Source: Octopus sinensis (lineage: Eukaryota). Taken from it: 64,000 nucleotides of DNA. The translations under genes and the position numbers were made by a program. The stretch is from the NCBI RefSeq assembly GCF_006345805.1, contig NW_021835992.1:248001-312000 (forward strand), written 5' to 3'. Under the pieces are notes generated by a model. That model ran no database searches and had not been told where the DNA came from. It saw only the letters and a list, made by a program, of their open reading frames with translations. Below are positions 47,487-60,104 of the stretch, in pieces; positions within the stretch are counted from its first letter, which is position 1, and each line of letters opens with the position of its first letter.

Positions 47487-48275
47487 CAGTGACCCGTGTA
47501 TCCAAGCTCAATGGGATGCCATCTCATGTGAAGCTCTTGACGTACATCTACGCAAAAATTTCGATCAGCACAGACTTGCATGTCTCCGCGCAGGCTGCTG
47601 CACAGGGAGTGGGGCCTGGCTGGATGCTCTCCCTGTCCCTGCCACCGGTAACCTATTAGACAAAGATTGCCTTCGAATTGGATTATCATTGCGTCTCGGA
47701 TTGGAAATCTGCGAAATACACAAATGTCGTTGTGGTGCTGTCATTGACCGTTTTGGTCTACATCCCCTTTCCTGTCGTCGCAGTGCAGGGCGCGCACCAC
47801 GCCATGCAGCACTCGACGACGTTATTCAGAGGGGGCTCACGGCCGCTGGAATTCCATCAATCCTTGAACCCGTTGGGCTTGCAAAGGGAGACGAAAAAGA
47901 CCCGACGGCCTATCGACTTTCCCGTTTGAGTTCGGCAAGTCTCTGTTATGGGATGCGACGTGTTCAGACACTTTCTCGGAGCTCAACCTTCCTTCTTCAG
48001 CTGTCGAGCCTGGCTCAGTCTCTTGCAAAGCCGAGAAGATGAAGATTGGAAAGTACAAGGAGCTCTCTGAACGGTATCTGTTCACTCCCATCGCCGTCGA
48101 GACTTCCGACGTCATCGGCGAAAAGTCTCTTTCCTTTCTGAAAAAGCTTGGCCGCATGATCTCCCATAAACGGGGAGACCCACGCGAGTCCAAGTGGCTT
48201 TTTGAAAGGATTTCCTTGGCCATAGTACGTGGAAACTGTGTTTCCATTTACGATGCCGGAAATTTAGTTAGTTAA
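47487..48275 (+). mobile_element. CRE-like element 3' portion (zinc knuckle and RLE)
   Basis: AGAWLDALP, HKCRCGAVIDRFGLHPLSCRRSAGRAPRHAALDD, KYKELSERYLFTPIAVETS...FERISLAIVRGN. Confidence 0.88.
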
Positions 48276-48699
48276 TAACTATTTGTTAATTACATATAAC
48301 TTTTGTAAAAAAAAAGTGATTCAGATATTTTCTTCATTCTGAACCTTTCGAGATGGGGCATTCTGTCTGGAAATCCAATTTCTGAATTTTCTTCTTTAAT
48401 ATTTGTAAAATATTGAAAATCTGTTGGCGTTTCATTAAGGGCGTTTCTTTATCGCACTGTGACATATAACATTTCTTTGGATAGGAGTCGCAAATATTTT
48501 TGAAGAAGAGCCAATTTTTTTTACATTATTGGAAATTTTGACAAATTGAAGAGCCATCTTTTACTACTTATAATTAAGAATTCATTAAAAAAATTAAATT
48601 AATTCCCTTGAGATAGTACGCTCTAATTCTTTTTCAATTGCGTCAGCCTCTCGTCTGGCAAAATACAGAAAAATAGACAATTTTACTTAAGTTTGTAAT

Positions 48700-49030
48700 T
48701 CCTCATTTCTTTGGAAAGTTATGTAATGCCTAGTAACTAGTAATCGAGTCTCATAGATCCTTTGTGATTTTCTTTTACAAACAGTATTTTGTAACCAACG
48801 CGTTCACGTTCTGTTGAACCTTTCGATTTTCATTTTGTGATTGAGGGTGCTTTAGGCGACTAAACCTCTGTAAAATTTTGAATTCTTGGCACAATAAAAT
48901 AGCTATTTTATTTTTGCATTTTTTACCGTTGTCTGATTGTAATCTTTGAGGAGGACCAAAATTATAAAATATTTTTTTAAATAAAAAAATTAGAAATGCT
49001 TCTTTCGAATTAGTAGCTCGGGCAAACAAG
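48700..49030 (-). mobile_element. rve-integrase core remnant
   Basis: FGPPQRLQSDNGKKCKN...SRLKHPQSQ. Confidence 0.65.
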
Positions 49031-49699
49031 ATTTTGAATAAATATCAATTACGTTAAAAATATATTTGAGACCGTGATTTTCTTGAAACCAGCAACTCAA
49101 ATCTACCGTATCCATCTAGAACGCTTTTTTGGAACTTTTGTTTTGATGATTATTAAAGGAATATGTGGTTGCAACGACTGACTATGACCACAAGCTACAC
49201 ATTCAGCAAAAACTTTTTAAAAATATAGGTCAATAGGTCAACAGTTTTAGGTCAATGATTCAAAAGTGTAACACAATAGAATTGGTAACGCGGATAGCGC
49301 GCAACAGATTTGAATGCAAAAGATTCCGTTCATTCTGATTAATAAGTGTGGCGTATTATCAAATTTTTGATTAATTTTTTTCTTCCTATGAGGATACCCA
49401 TGTAAAAATATGTCGCGAGCACAGTGAGCGATCTATCAATGTCAATGATTGTCAAAAATAAAAATAATCTATTACATCAAAGTTAACTAAGGTCAATTAT
49501 TGACAATTAATAAATGATAATTAACCATTATTTAAGTCGTTTGAATTTTTCTAGTCGCCTTGAATGAACTTTTTAAAAAGACACAGCACTATCTGTGACT
49601 ATCTGTAAATTGTTAGACAATTTCTCGACAATAGTTACTAGATCCCCATACGGATGTTCAAATTTTTTTAATCGAAGAGAAGGATTCGTCTCATAATCT

Positions 49700-50860
49700 T
49701 TTTGTACACGAACCTTTAGGTAATTAAAAATATAATACAATATCTCCAACATCTAACTCATATTTTAATCGATGGACTCCCATTTTCCTATTCATTCTTC
49801 TATAATATGAAAACTGCAAATTCATCCTCTCAAAATTAAACTGGTACTCATCATCTTTACTAATAAATAACAATAAAAAACCTTTATTATAAATGTCGGG
49901 ATTTTCTACAACTTTCATCCAAAACTTTTTGGATTTTCTTCAACACCTGATTCAACAACAGTGTTGAATCTAGGAATACCACGATATCTTTGGAATGGAC
50001 TAACACCTAGAAAATAAAAAAATGCAATTTACATGTGGATGAATGAACTTTCTGATTGTACAAAAACACAGCTTTTTGAATGTGTTTTATCCACTCTTTT
50101 TTATCATCCGAAGCCATCAATTTGGATAAAATCCTTATGATTGTCTGATTAAATCTTTCAACTATCTCCTGACTCTGGGGATTGTTAGGTCGTCCATGAA
50201 TTTGAACAATTTTGTACTCTTTACAGAATTTTCTTATATAGTCATTCTTGAACTCCGTACCATTGTCGGATTGCAAGTATTTACAAGACCCGTGATATAT
50301 AAAAATTTCTTCTAATTTATTGGCAACTTCTTTTCCACTTTTGTTCAGTAGGTTCCTGGTGAATGCATATCTCGAATAGACGTCAATCACAGTCAACAAC
50401 CAAGAAAATTGATCATTGGCATTTACAAACCTTGGGAATAACACAATTTTGTACTTTTTTAGGTCAATCAGATCAGATCAATTTGAAATCTCTCATTCCG
50501 TACATCCGCAAAAATATGACTTACGTCGCCATATTGTTTCAGCGGGACTTCAGACTGGCATATATCGCAGTCTCTTACCACCTGACGAATAACATCTTTA
50601 ACAAAACAAAATCGTTTTCCACACAATTCTTCTAGTGCATTGTGTCCACAATGGTTAGCGTCGTGGATCTCTTCTGCAATTGTCCGTATCTCCTGTGTTT
50701 TGGTTGAGGCAATAACAAGTTTGTGATTAGATAAAGAATCTTGAAGATAAAGCTTTCCGTCTATTAAAACGAATTTTTCAGCCTTCTTTTTTAGTTTGTA
50801 CTTCCGAGAAGCTGAGATGTTCAGGTCTTGTCCTTCCAGCATAGATTTTATAATGTTGTA
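49700..50860 (-). mobile_element. Ginger-like integrase element, decayed
   Basis: IHDANHCGHNA...CDIC zinc motif; RFQIDL; LTVIDVYSRYAF...LQSDNGTEF...GRPNNPQSQEIVERFNQT; C-terminal VGDIVL. Confidence 0.8.
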
Positions 50861-51260
50861 CGGTTTGGACAGAGATGACAGCAAACGCCCTGACGGCTTA
50901 ACTAAATTCCCCTTCGAGCAGGGAAAATCCCTTATATGGGATTCTACCTGCTGCGACACATTCTCCAACGGGAACCTAGCCATGTCGGCCGTCGACCCAG
51001 GCTTCGCTTCCAATCGCGCTGAAAATCTCAAAATCCTGAAATACGGTCACCTCTCCAACTTTGTTTTTACGCCCATTGCCATTGAGACCTCTGGGATTTT
51101 CGGCCGCAAGTCGCTTTGTTTTCTACGCGGTTTGGGGAGAAGAATCGCCAAAAGGAGGGACGACCTGAGAAAGTCCTTTTCGGTTCTTTAACGCCTCTCC
51201 ATTGTCGTAATCCGCGGCAACTGCTTCGCAATCCGTGAGGCTGAGAGGGCGCCCTAACCT
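50861..51260 (+). mobile_element. CRE-like 3' RLE fragment abutting the integrase N-terminus
   Basis: GLDRDDSKRPDGLTKFPFEQGKSLIWDSTCCDT...FTPIAIETSG. Confidence 0.85.
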
Positions 51261-52719
51261 GCGTAGTCTTAAACAATCCTTCTCCCTTTTCTAACTGTCT
51301 TTTAATAAAAAGATTATATCTCAAAAAAAAATTAGAAAAAAATTAAGAATTAAAGACCCGACTTTAGTCGACACTAGTCGACTATTAGAATAATTTACGA
51401 CTTAATATGTAATTTTTTAAATAGTTATACAAATTGCAAAAAGGGCATAAAAATTAAAAATTGAAAGAGCCTATAAATATTTTTAATAATTTTTTTCAAA
51501 TGTAAACTGTTAATCAATCAATTAACATTCTTTCTCATTGGTATTTTTCTACTCAGCAACCACAGACTAATCCCGTTCTCACTATATGTTATCATTTCTG
51601 AGTATTTTTATTAGATTTTATCGATTTTAGAATCTTTTTTCTTTTCGTTGTTTGAATAGTTTAATTGTTAAGGTTTTTTTGATTTTGGACATAATTGATT
51701 CTTGAGAAACAAATTTGTTAATTGTCTAATTGGAACTTTAGTAAATCAAAAAAGATCTTATCTAATATATTTTTTAAAATTGATTCCTCTTCGATTCTTC
51801 TATCATCATTCGAATTGTTGATGAAATTATTCGGAAAATTAAAAGAAACTATTTTTCTTTTTATTACCGATGCTGCTTAAATCATTATACTTTAATCTAC
51901 ATAATATCACATTTTTTGCTCATTTAGTAAATAATTGTGAATTGGGGCGATATTGGCATGAGATTTTACTCTGATCTGACCCTTCTTGCTTTCCTATCTG
52001 CTCACTTTGCTTCACGTATCTTTCAGACATCGTGCTAAGAAATCTTCCAGAACGCGAATTGTTTGAAGATTACTCTGATGCTTGTGTTTTGTGGGAAACT
52101 CGGTCTGGCTTGAGGTTGTCTGATTATGCATTTATTTAGTGTCAGTCGGAGGAAATCTTTTGTTAGTAAATATACGAGATTTTATTTCTGTTTCCTATCT
52201 ACGCCGATTTGTTTGCCTTTACGCAGGTCGCTAAAATAAAAGTAAATTATTCCGATTTTGACAAATTTATTTTTCGTGTCAAATCACTTTTAAAGAATTT
52301 TGAAAAAATTTGATTTTAAAAAGTGGGATTTTTACTGAAACGCGATGTTTTGGAGTGTCGTAGCCGTTACGACGTAGTGTCTCTCTTTTAAGTCAAATAA
52401 GCAACAAATTTAATGCTTTTGTGCTTACGGAAATTTGCACTAAAATTTTGACAAAGGAAGTTTTTTATTTTTTTTTATTTTTTATTTGAATTATTGACCA
52501 TTTCCATAAAAGTCTCTTAAAAATTTCTATTGACTAAACGTGAATCAATATCAAAGGATGTACGAATTAATTTAAAATCAATATTGCCTAAAGAACTTCT
52601 GAATAGCATGGAATTATCAGAAGGGAAAGTATGTATGAAACGAGTCAATACTTGATTCTTTATTTTTCTGACGCAAAGAAATAAAAAATCCTTATTTGTA
52701 TAAATCAGACGGGGATTAC

Positions 52720-52900
52720 ATTTATACAAGTGTACAAGTGTCTTAAAAGAGTTTTCGGCTTCATACTATTGCGTGACAGAATTTGCATACAAACAGCACA
52801 TTTTGAGCTTTTAAATTTATCTTCCTTAATACATGTAAACCCATATTTGATATAATCAGGATTATATTTACCTATCCTAGTAAAGTGAGATGAATTCATA
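52720..52900 (-). mobile_element. hAT N-terminal BED-finger remnant (ZBED5/8-like)
   Basis: KYNPDYIKYGFTC...CAVCMQILSRNSMKPKTLLRHL. Confidence 0.75.
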
Positions 52901-52949
52901 TCAATATTAAATATTTTATTGACTTTTACTAAAAAAATAGCAAGGTTAT

Positions 52950-53470
52950 AATCCCACACGTGTAACAAGCAAGGCGATTTTCTGAACCATCCTAGTCCAG
53001 TTGTGGGCGAAAACTTGTAGGAAATCCAGGTCGTCTTCGTTTTGTAATTTCTTACCAACGGAGTTGAGATCCTTTCCCAAAACTCTCGGGAGGGTAGATC
53101 TCGGTCTTTCACGATATTTTTCGTCATACTCCATTGCGAGATAGTGGGAGTAGCTGGAATCTGTCTCAAGATGTTTCCGAATAGTTTCCAGCAACCTGCC
53201 ACAATTTCTGCAGATATGAGTGTAACGTTGTAGTGTTTGCAGAGTGACTGATTATTGATTTCAGATGGCCAGTGAAGTACGTGTAGAAGGCGCAGGTGCT
53301 TGCGATGGGAGGAGTCTATGGTTTCCAGTTCAGTATCCGAGATTTCCCATGTCGAGGAATTGTAAAGTAGGACAGGTTTCACAAAGGCGTTGTAAAACTT
53401 TGACGACCTGAGTTGCCGATTGACAGGCCGGATTTGGAGCCAAGTTTCACCAGCTTTGGTGTCCATGCGT
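52950..53470 (-). mobile_element. RTE-like LINE 3' fragment
   Basis: KFYNAFVKPVLLYNSSTW...DSSHRKHLRLL...WKLFGNILR. Confidence 0.8.
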
Positions 53471-53689
53471 TTTATTTACATTTATTGACCAAAAGACCAG
53501 GGTAAGCCAGTTAATTATTGTCACCGGTTGAGATTGATTGCAGGCTGAAAACGATCGCGCAAAATCGATTTTACCTTTAACACCGTTGATATGCAATATC
53601 GAATTCGCCGTAAACGCCGTGCCGTTGCTAAGCTAAAACGAAACCTCAAAAATATAGATAAATCGTTATTGAAATGGAAAACGCCCAGA

Positions 53690-54053
53690 CGGGATGACCA
53701 TCTTTCCGTTTTTGGAAGGAAAGCCTCTCGTATGGGATTCAACATGTTCCGACTCCTTGTCCATGACAAACATGTTGGAAAGTGCCTGCAATGCCGGCAC
53801 AGCTGCGGATAAAGCAGAGGACATCAAGAAGAAGAAATATGATGGGCTCACCGATCGTTACGTTTTCCGGCCGGTTGCTGTCGAAACCCTGGGATCGATT
53901 GGGAAGGAGTCGTTGCGCTTCCTCATGTGTATTGGACGTCTCAAGACCCTGAGAACACACAATCCTCTGGAGACGAGATGGCTCCTCCAGAACGTGTCCC
54001 AAGCAATAGTGAGGGGAAACAGGATCGCCATCAGTTCTTCTTATTGTCCTTAA
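53690..54053 (+). mobile_element. CRE-like 3' RLE fragment
   Basis: KRPDGMTIFPFLEGKPLVWDSTCSD...FRPVAVETLG...QNVSQAIVRGN. Confidence 0.85.
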
Positions 54054-54209
54054 AAATCACTGATCTGCCAGTTTAAAATATAGATTATCAAAAAATTAAA
54101 ATTAATCTCAAAAATCATCCCATCAGATTTTTTAATTTAAAAAAGAAAGAAAATTTTAATTTTTTAGAATGGGTCGAAATTATCCAAACACGTTACATAA
54201 TTTTTTGTT

Positions 54210-54593
54210 ATGAACTTCGTTCTATTGACCCTACAGAAAAAGTCGGAAATTATAGCATTTCTTAAGGATGGTGAAATGTCAGATGAAGTGACTCGGAATC
54301 AGAATGAGTCAAATTTCAGGAGAAAGGCATCATTATTCAGATTGTCGCACTCCAAAAATGACATTCTTTACTTCCAAACTTCGGGAATCTTATTGCGTAC
54401 CTTCGCTCCCGAGGAAGTAGAAGAAAAGAAACTGTTTATTGAAAATCTCCATTTAAAAAATGAACATCCAGGTCGAAACAAGCTGCTTTTTCTCCTTAAA
54501 GATACTGTCTATGGGTCTTGTCGGAATGAGGTTATGTCAGTTCTCAAATCATGCTGCCAATGTAACATGACAAACGAAGCATATTCCATTTAA
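54210..54593 (+). mobile_element. Integrase-element N-terminal (zinc-binding) remnant
   Basis: NFRRKASLF...LHLKNEHPGRNKL...VLKSCCQC (HHCC-like). Confidence 0.55.
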
Positions 54594-54974
54594 CATTTTT
54601 ATGGGAGTGGGAGATGAAGGAAAACTTGATTCCGATTGAAATTATGCAGTCTTTATTGGCCTTTACTGGTAATTATAAATTATTTTATGATAAGGAGAAA
54701 ATGAATACGAAGAAGTAGATTTTGTGTATCAAGAAAGTGAAGAAGAAAATAAAATGCAAGAAGACGGACTTGAGAATTTGAAAAGTGCGGGGGAAAATGA
54801 AAATAAAGAAAATTTAAAGAAGAAGAAATATCAGTTGGAGATTACGCTCTTTTAGGGATGGATCAAGATATGAATGAAAACACGAGAATGAAGTAGCGGA
54901 AATTATTGAAAAAGTACATTTTAGTCGACTAAAGAAATTGAAAAAATAATTTTAAAATTGTTTCTAAATACAAG

Positions 54975-55240
54975 AGCCCGGCTCAGCGGCAAGACATGCG
55001 GAGGTCACAAAAACAAGAAAATACTCGTACCTGGCCAGAAACCACATTTTTGTGCCAGTAGCCATGGAGATATCCGGGGTCATCGGCCCAGAATCGCTTT
55101 CTTTCCTTCGTCGGCTGGGGTCGAAGATTGCCAGACGAAACAAGGATCCCAACGAAACTCGTCATCTTTTCCAAAGAGTCTCGTTGGCGATCGTCCGACG
55201 GAACTGCCAGGCCATCTTATGCGCCGGCAGTTCAAAATAA
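54975..55240 (+). mobile_element. CRE-like 3' RLE fragment
   Basis: KYSYLARNHIFVPVAMEISGVIGPESLSFLRRLG...LFQRVSLAIVRRN. Confidence 0.8.
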
Positions 55241-56727
55241 CTGCATTGTCTAATTAAAACCCATAATCGTTTAAAATAAAACTAATGTTAAAATTCAAGT
55301 TAAACGATAAAACGTAAGTCAGGTGAAAAATGCGTTATGTTTGTTTTTTCTGGATGAAAAATATGAACTTTCACCGAAAAAATGACATTTAGTTATTTAA
55401 TTATTGTTATAAATTTTCGAAAAGTCGCTCACGTCAGGACTGTGACATCAATTTTAAAACAAATGTCAAATTTTTCCAATCATCAAAAAGATAGTTCTCG
55501 ATGCCAGAAAAAATGCATTAACTTGTAAAAATCCACCTTTTTGTGATTTTGGTGTACTGCGATATAGCCAGAGAGTAGACACGCAGAGAAACAGAGTATC
55601 AAAGACTTCATTTTACTAGATGTCTCCTACTGATAGATTTTAGTTTTATTTGATCCTTTTTTGATTCTTCGTGATTTTTATTAGATTTATTGTTGATAGA
55701 TAAATCGAAATAAAGATGGAGTAAACAAATTCACAAAGGTATACAAAAAACAATATAAAAATGTCAAAATAATAAGAGATTGAGTTTGAAGGAATAAAAT
55801 CAAAATAAATGATACAAATGATAAAATTTCAAATTCTGAAATCAGGAAATGAAAGTTCATAATGATTTATTCCTTACAAATCAAATTAAATAAGAATGTA
55901 GTAACAACACATAAACTACTAACCAACTAAGCCAACCACGTGTATCAGCGTGTTATAATTTATTAGGCTTACCGTTAAAAATAGGTTAACCATAGGTAAT
56001 AATTTTAATAAATATAAATTTTATTTATATTTTCAAGTAGATTCTCCTACCAATGTCATTATCTTACGCAGCTGACATTATTATTGCTTCTAAACCCGAC
56101 CGCCCATCGTCAGTCTCCAACAGCAAACTGATAAGTTCTATTCCCTTCAAGTGGAGTCAGTCATTGGTCGGCGAGTCTTCCATGTTAGCACGTGCAGTTA
56201 TAAGCAGAGAAATGACTGACAGTGAATTGTCCAAATGAGTATCAACGTCTGTTTGTGGTCCATCAACGCAGCCTGTCTGCTTCTCTGTCATCTCAAATCC
56301 TACGAGTAGACCTGTCCTCTCACTCTCAGTCCACCAGTCGACCATATTTTTAAGTCCGCCTTCAACTTTCTCAGAAAGTCTTCGGAAATATTCGTATTCT
56401 CGAAAGTATTATGTTGTGAAATATTAAAGAGCCTCAATGCATCTGTCCCCTCTTCCACGTGCGATTCCAGTCACGTGGTCATCAATATGTATCGCTTGGG
56501 ACAGTGCCAGGAAAGTAGTAGTTCTCTTCTACCCCCTCAGTTGTGCTGGAAAGAGCTATTCGACTGAAGCATAGCCCGGGTCTCATATCTCGTATTGCTC
56601 AAGACTTGCTGTTTGATTGATGTTCTCATTTTCAGCCATACAAAAACCATTTTTCCCAAGTGCCGTAACACCGGTAGTTAACGGCAGCGACCGACAAATT
56701 TAAATACAAGTCATTAAGTTTTCAAAC

Positions 56728-56979
56728 CTAATAAACTCTAATTTCTGTCCTTTGGATAAAAAAGCAATCGAGTCGATTCGTTTGAGCTACTAATTCGTGA
56801 TTTTCACACGCTTGTTTCAAGTATAATCTTCCATTGATCAAAATAAAATTTTCAGCTTTCTTTTTAAAGCGATAGATTTTTTGTCTGGAATGATTTTCGA
56901 TATTTTGTTTATTTAAAACTTTTTCTAATGAGCGATTCTTATCCATGTCTTTTATAAAACGACGCGACATAAACAACAA
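56728..56979 (-). mobile_element. Integrase-element N-terminal remnant
   Basis: KIYRFKKKAENFILINGRLYLK aligns with KYKLKKKAEKFVLIDGKLYLQ at about 50740-50805. Confidence 0.6.
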
Positions 56980-57459
56980 CTAAGAAACACGCCGAAATTA
57001 TATTTTACAATTACAGATTTATGGTTATCCGAATAATTATTTTTTAATATTTTATCGCGTCCATAGCTGGCGACTAGAGCGACCTTCATCGTTGAAGCGT
57101 GAACTACATGATTTGACATTTAATTAACAATGAAAATAATTTATTATAAAAAGGGTTTAGCGTCATTTTAATTAAACGATGGTATTTTCCAAAATTTCAA
57201 ATAAAATTTTATATAATTAATTTTAATAGCAAATACATTTCAACCCTCTCAAATTGGCCAACAAAATTAAAGGAAACAAAAATGATTGAGTGTATGTACA
57301 CTCATGTAATAAAAAACCGGATTTTCAAATGCTTAATTTTTTTGATATTCTGTTTTTAATTTTAGACTGTGCCCCGCTTAAAGGTTCCGGTAATTTCTAA
57401 ATTTAAAAATTATATCTTTTTCAATCTACCCCAAAAATAGAGGTTCCTGCCCCAAATGG

Positions 57460-59290
57460 GGGTTATACTGTATAGTGCTTGCTGTTTCCAGGTCGGTTTG
57501 AAGCCTCTTGCATTCAAAGATAGTTCATCCGTATACTTTGCTTTTATTTGCTTGCTTGTATTTCAGACATTGATGGGCGTTAATTTCATACACCCGGATA
57601 TAATGTGCATTGTTTTGTTTTTGGCTGATTGGAATTTCAAGGCGAAGGTTGTAGATAAACATGGAACCCACCTCTGATTTGCATAGCTTAAAACAGGGCT
57701 GATGAATTGTTTGTAGACTCGTTTGAGGAATGGTTTCTGGGCACTCTTGATGTAATCATTTATTGCTTTTAGAATATTTATACGCATATTTGCCTCATCA
57801 AAGATGTTCGAGACATGTTTGTTGAAGGACATGGTTGCGTCAAAAGTAAGTCCGAAAACAGTGGGGTGCTTGCATAGCGGTAGGTCAGAATCAAAGAGAG
57901 ATAGCTTGGGATTGTTTCCTGTCAAAAGATAAGACCGCATCGAAAAACGCTGTCAAAAAACTTAGATATGTCGATAGAAGCTAGGACTGTTCGTTTTGGC
58001 GGTCTCTTCTCGTTGAACCCGTCTAGAACGAATTGGGAAAGTGTTGTAAGTGAGTAGTTGTTGAGTGCAGTGGTTGAAATCATGTTGGGTGTAGGAGCTT
58101 AGTAAGTGATTGGATACTTGTAAAAGGATTAGTCTTTGGAGTATTTTAGTTGCTGTGAAAATAAGAGGGATTAAGCGGATTGAGCTTTGAATGCCAGTCG
58201 GTTTGTTTGAATTGATCAATATAATGATACGTGATTTCTTCAAGACAGGCGGAATTTGTTTTTTGCAGCGGAATCGTTGTAAATAGAGACTATGAAATTG
58301 TTGGAGCCAAATTTCTTAAGATGGTGAATTAAAATGTTGTCGGACCCGTAGTGGGAGATTTTTTTCGAGTTTTTAATAAATTGAGAGACTTCTTCTTGGA
58401 CATTTGGGAACCTTCTGATCATTTTTGTTAGATGTCTTGTGACTTAATGAAGCGTAATATTTCATTAGCGTATTTGCCTCCTGAAGTGGATTGAGTGGGG
58501 TGTTTGAATGAGAATTATAGATTTGTGGAATTTTAGATTTTCATACATCAGACCATTCATGTCCTTAGGGGTCTTCCAGATTTGGAAGCTGTTTGATTTT
58601 TAGTCGATTGAGGCGATAAATTCAGTCCACTTGGAATTCACGTGCACATTTATGGCAGCAATGATTCCTTGTTTAAGTTATTCAGTTCGATAGAGGACTC
58701 GGAAGAGTGCCCTGTTATCTGTTTCAGTTTGTCGCGAGTCTTATGAGGAAGTTTAAATAGGTCGGAACTGTTCAATTCTTCCTTGAAGGGTGGATTATTT
58801 TGGAATTGTAAATAATGCAAGCATTTAAGTAATTCACTGCGAAAGTTGTTGATGTCCAAAGAATCTCTTTTTTAGTTAGTGTAAAAGCATTCTCAGTTAA
58901 GATTGGGTTGTGGTCAGTGATTAGGTCATCAACGACCTTCCAAGAAAAAACAGAGGCCAGAATCGGAGTACACAGTGAGATGTCGTGAGAGAAAACTGCG
59001 TCGCCTTTTCTTGACATGAGAACTGTACATATTAATCAGTTTTCTGGTTGAAGTCCCTGTAGAAATCCTTATAACTGTCAGCTCAATCACTGAGTCATTG
59101 TCGATTAGCGAGTAGGCTTGTGGTGTACAGTTAGTAAAATGAATTGATTTTCTGATCAAGGTTAAAGGCCGCCGTCATTTATAGAGTCCGCTCTGTCTTG
59201 GCAGATGTATGAGCAACCCAGGAAATCGGGCAGACGGTTTTTGGCTGAAAGCTGTAGCCAGCGACGGAGTGGGTTTTTTGTTAGTTAATC
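57460..59290 (-). mobile_element. Decayed Jockey-like LINE (APE and RT)
   Basis: APE-like DLITDHNPIL; RT-like GSDNILIHHLKK, RLIPLIFTATKILQRL, FGLTFDATMSFNKHV, YKQFISPVLSYA. Confidence 0.75.
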
Positions 59291-59419
59291 CTACGAAAAA
59301 CTTGCCACCACGAGAAGATGATCCACATCGACAAACGTCAAGATTTTAAATGCACAAAGAACATCGTTTATGATTACAACAATACTATCATTCTTCGACA
59401 AAAAATCCCATTTTATGTA

Positions 59420-60104
59420 CAGGATGTCCAAAAAACTGTATATACATAAAAAAATAACTGTAAAGATAGCCTTTAATTAAAATTTTACTGTTTCAAAAAT
59501 ATAAATATATTTAATAGTATCATTTTCCGGTTTTTTACCATTTATCTCAAAAGTGGCGCCCACCTTGATCCAAGCACCGCTAACAACTTCAAGCAATAGA
59601 ATTACACTTATGAAATTATTCACTTGGTATCTGGGTATATGGTTTCTCTTTCTTGCTGAGAAGAAATTGATGTTCTTGATTTTCTGAAACGCTTTTTATG
59701 TACGTTCTGAACAGTTCCATAGGCTTCAAACTTATCTTTAATTCGAAAGATAGTCACTCGTGTTGCAGATTTTTTTGAAATTCTTTTCTAAGTTGTTTTT
59801 GCACTTCAACTGCGTTTTCACATTTCCAGTAATATTTTAGAATGAATTTTCTTTCTTCGAAGTAAAGTCTGCTCATCATTCCTGTCTTGAGGGGGTGTGG
59901 TTGTGAAAGAAATCGTGAATTTATGAGTTATTTACAATTATTCGAAATAAAGTTTCCAAAATGCATGAAAGTACAAAAAACGATATTTCACATAAATATT
60001 GTAAACATTTTAAATAAATTTATACTTTTAAAAAAATAAAATTTTAATTAAAGACTACATTTACCGTTATTTTTTCACATGTATTCATTTTTTAGGACAC
60101 CCTG
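59420..60104 (-). mobile_element. Internally deleted Tc1/mariner (rosa/DD41D-like) element
   Basis: TA-flanked imperfect ~70-bp TIRs starting CAGG(A/G)TGTCC; N-terminal MSRLYFEERKFILKYYWKCENAVEVQK...TRVTIFRIKDKFEAYGTV (DUF4817-like HTH). Confidence 0.85.
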
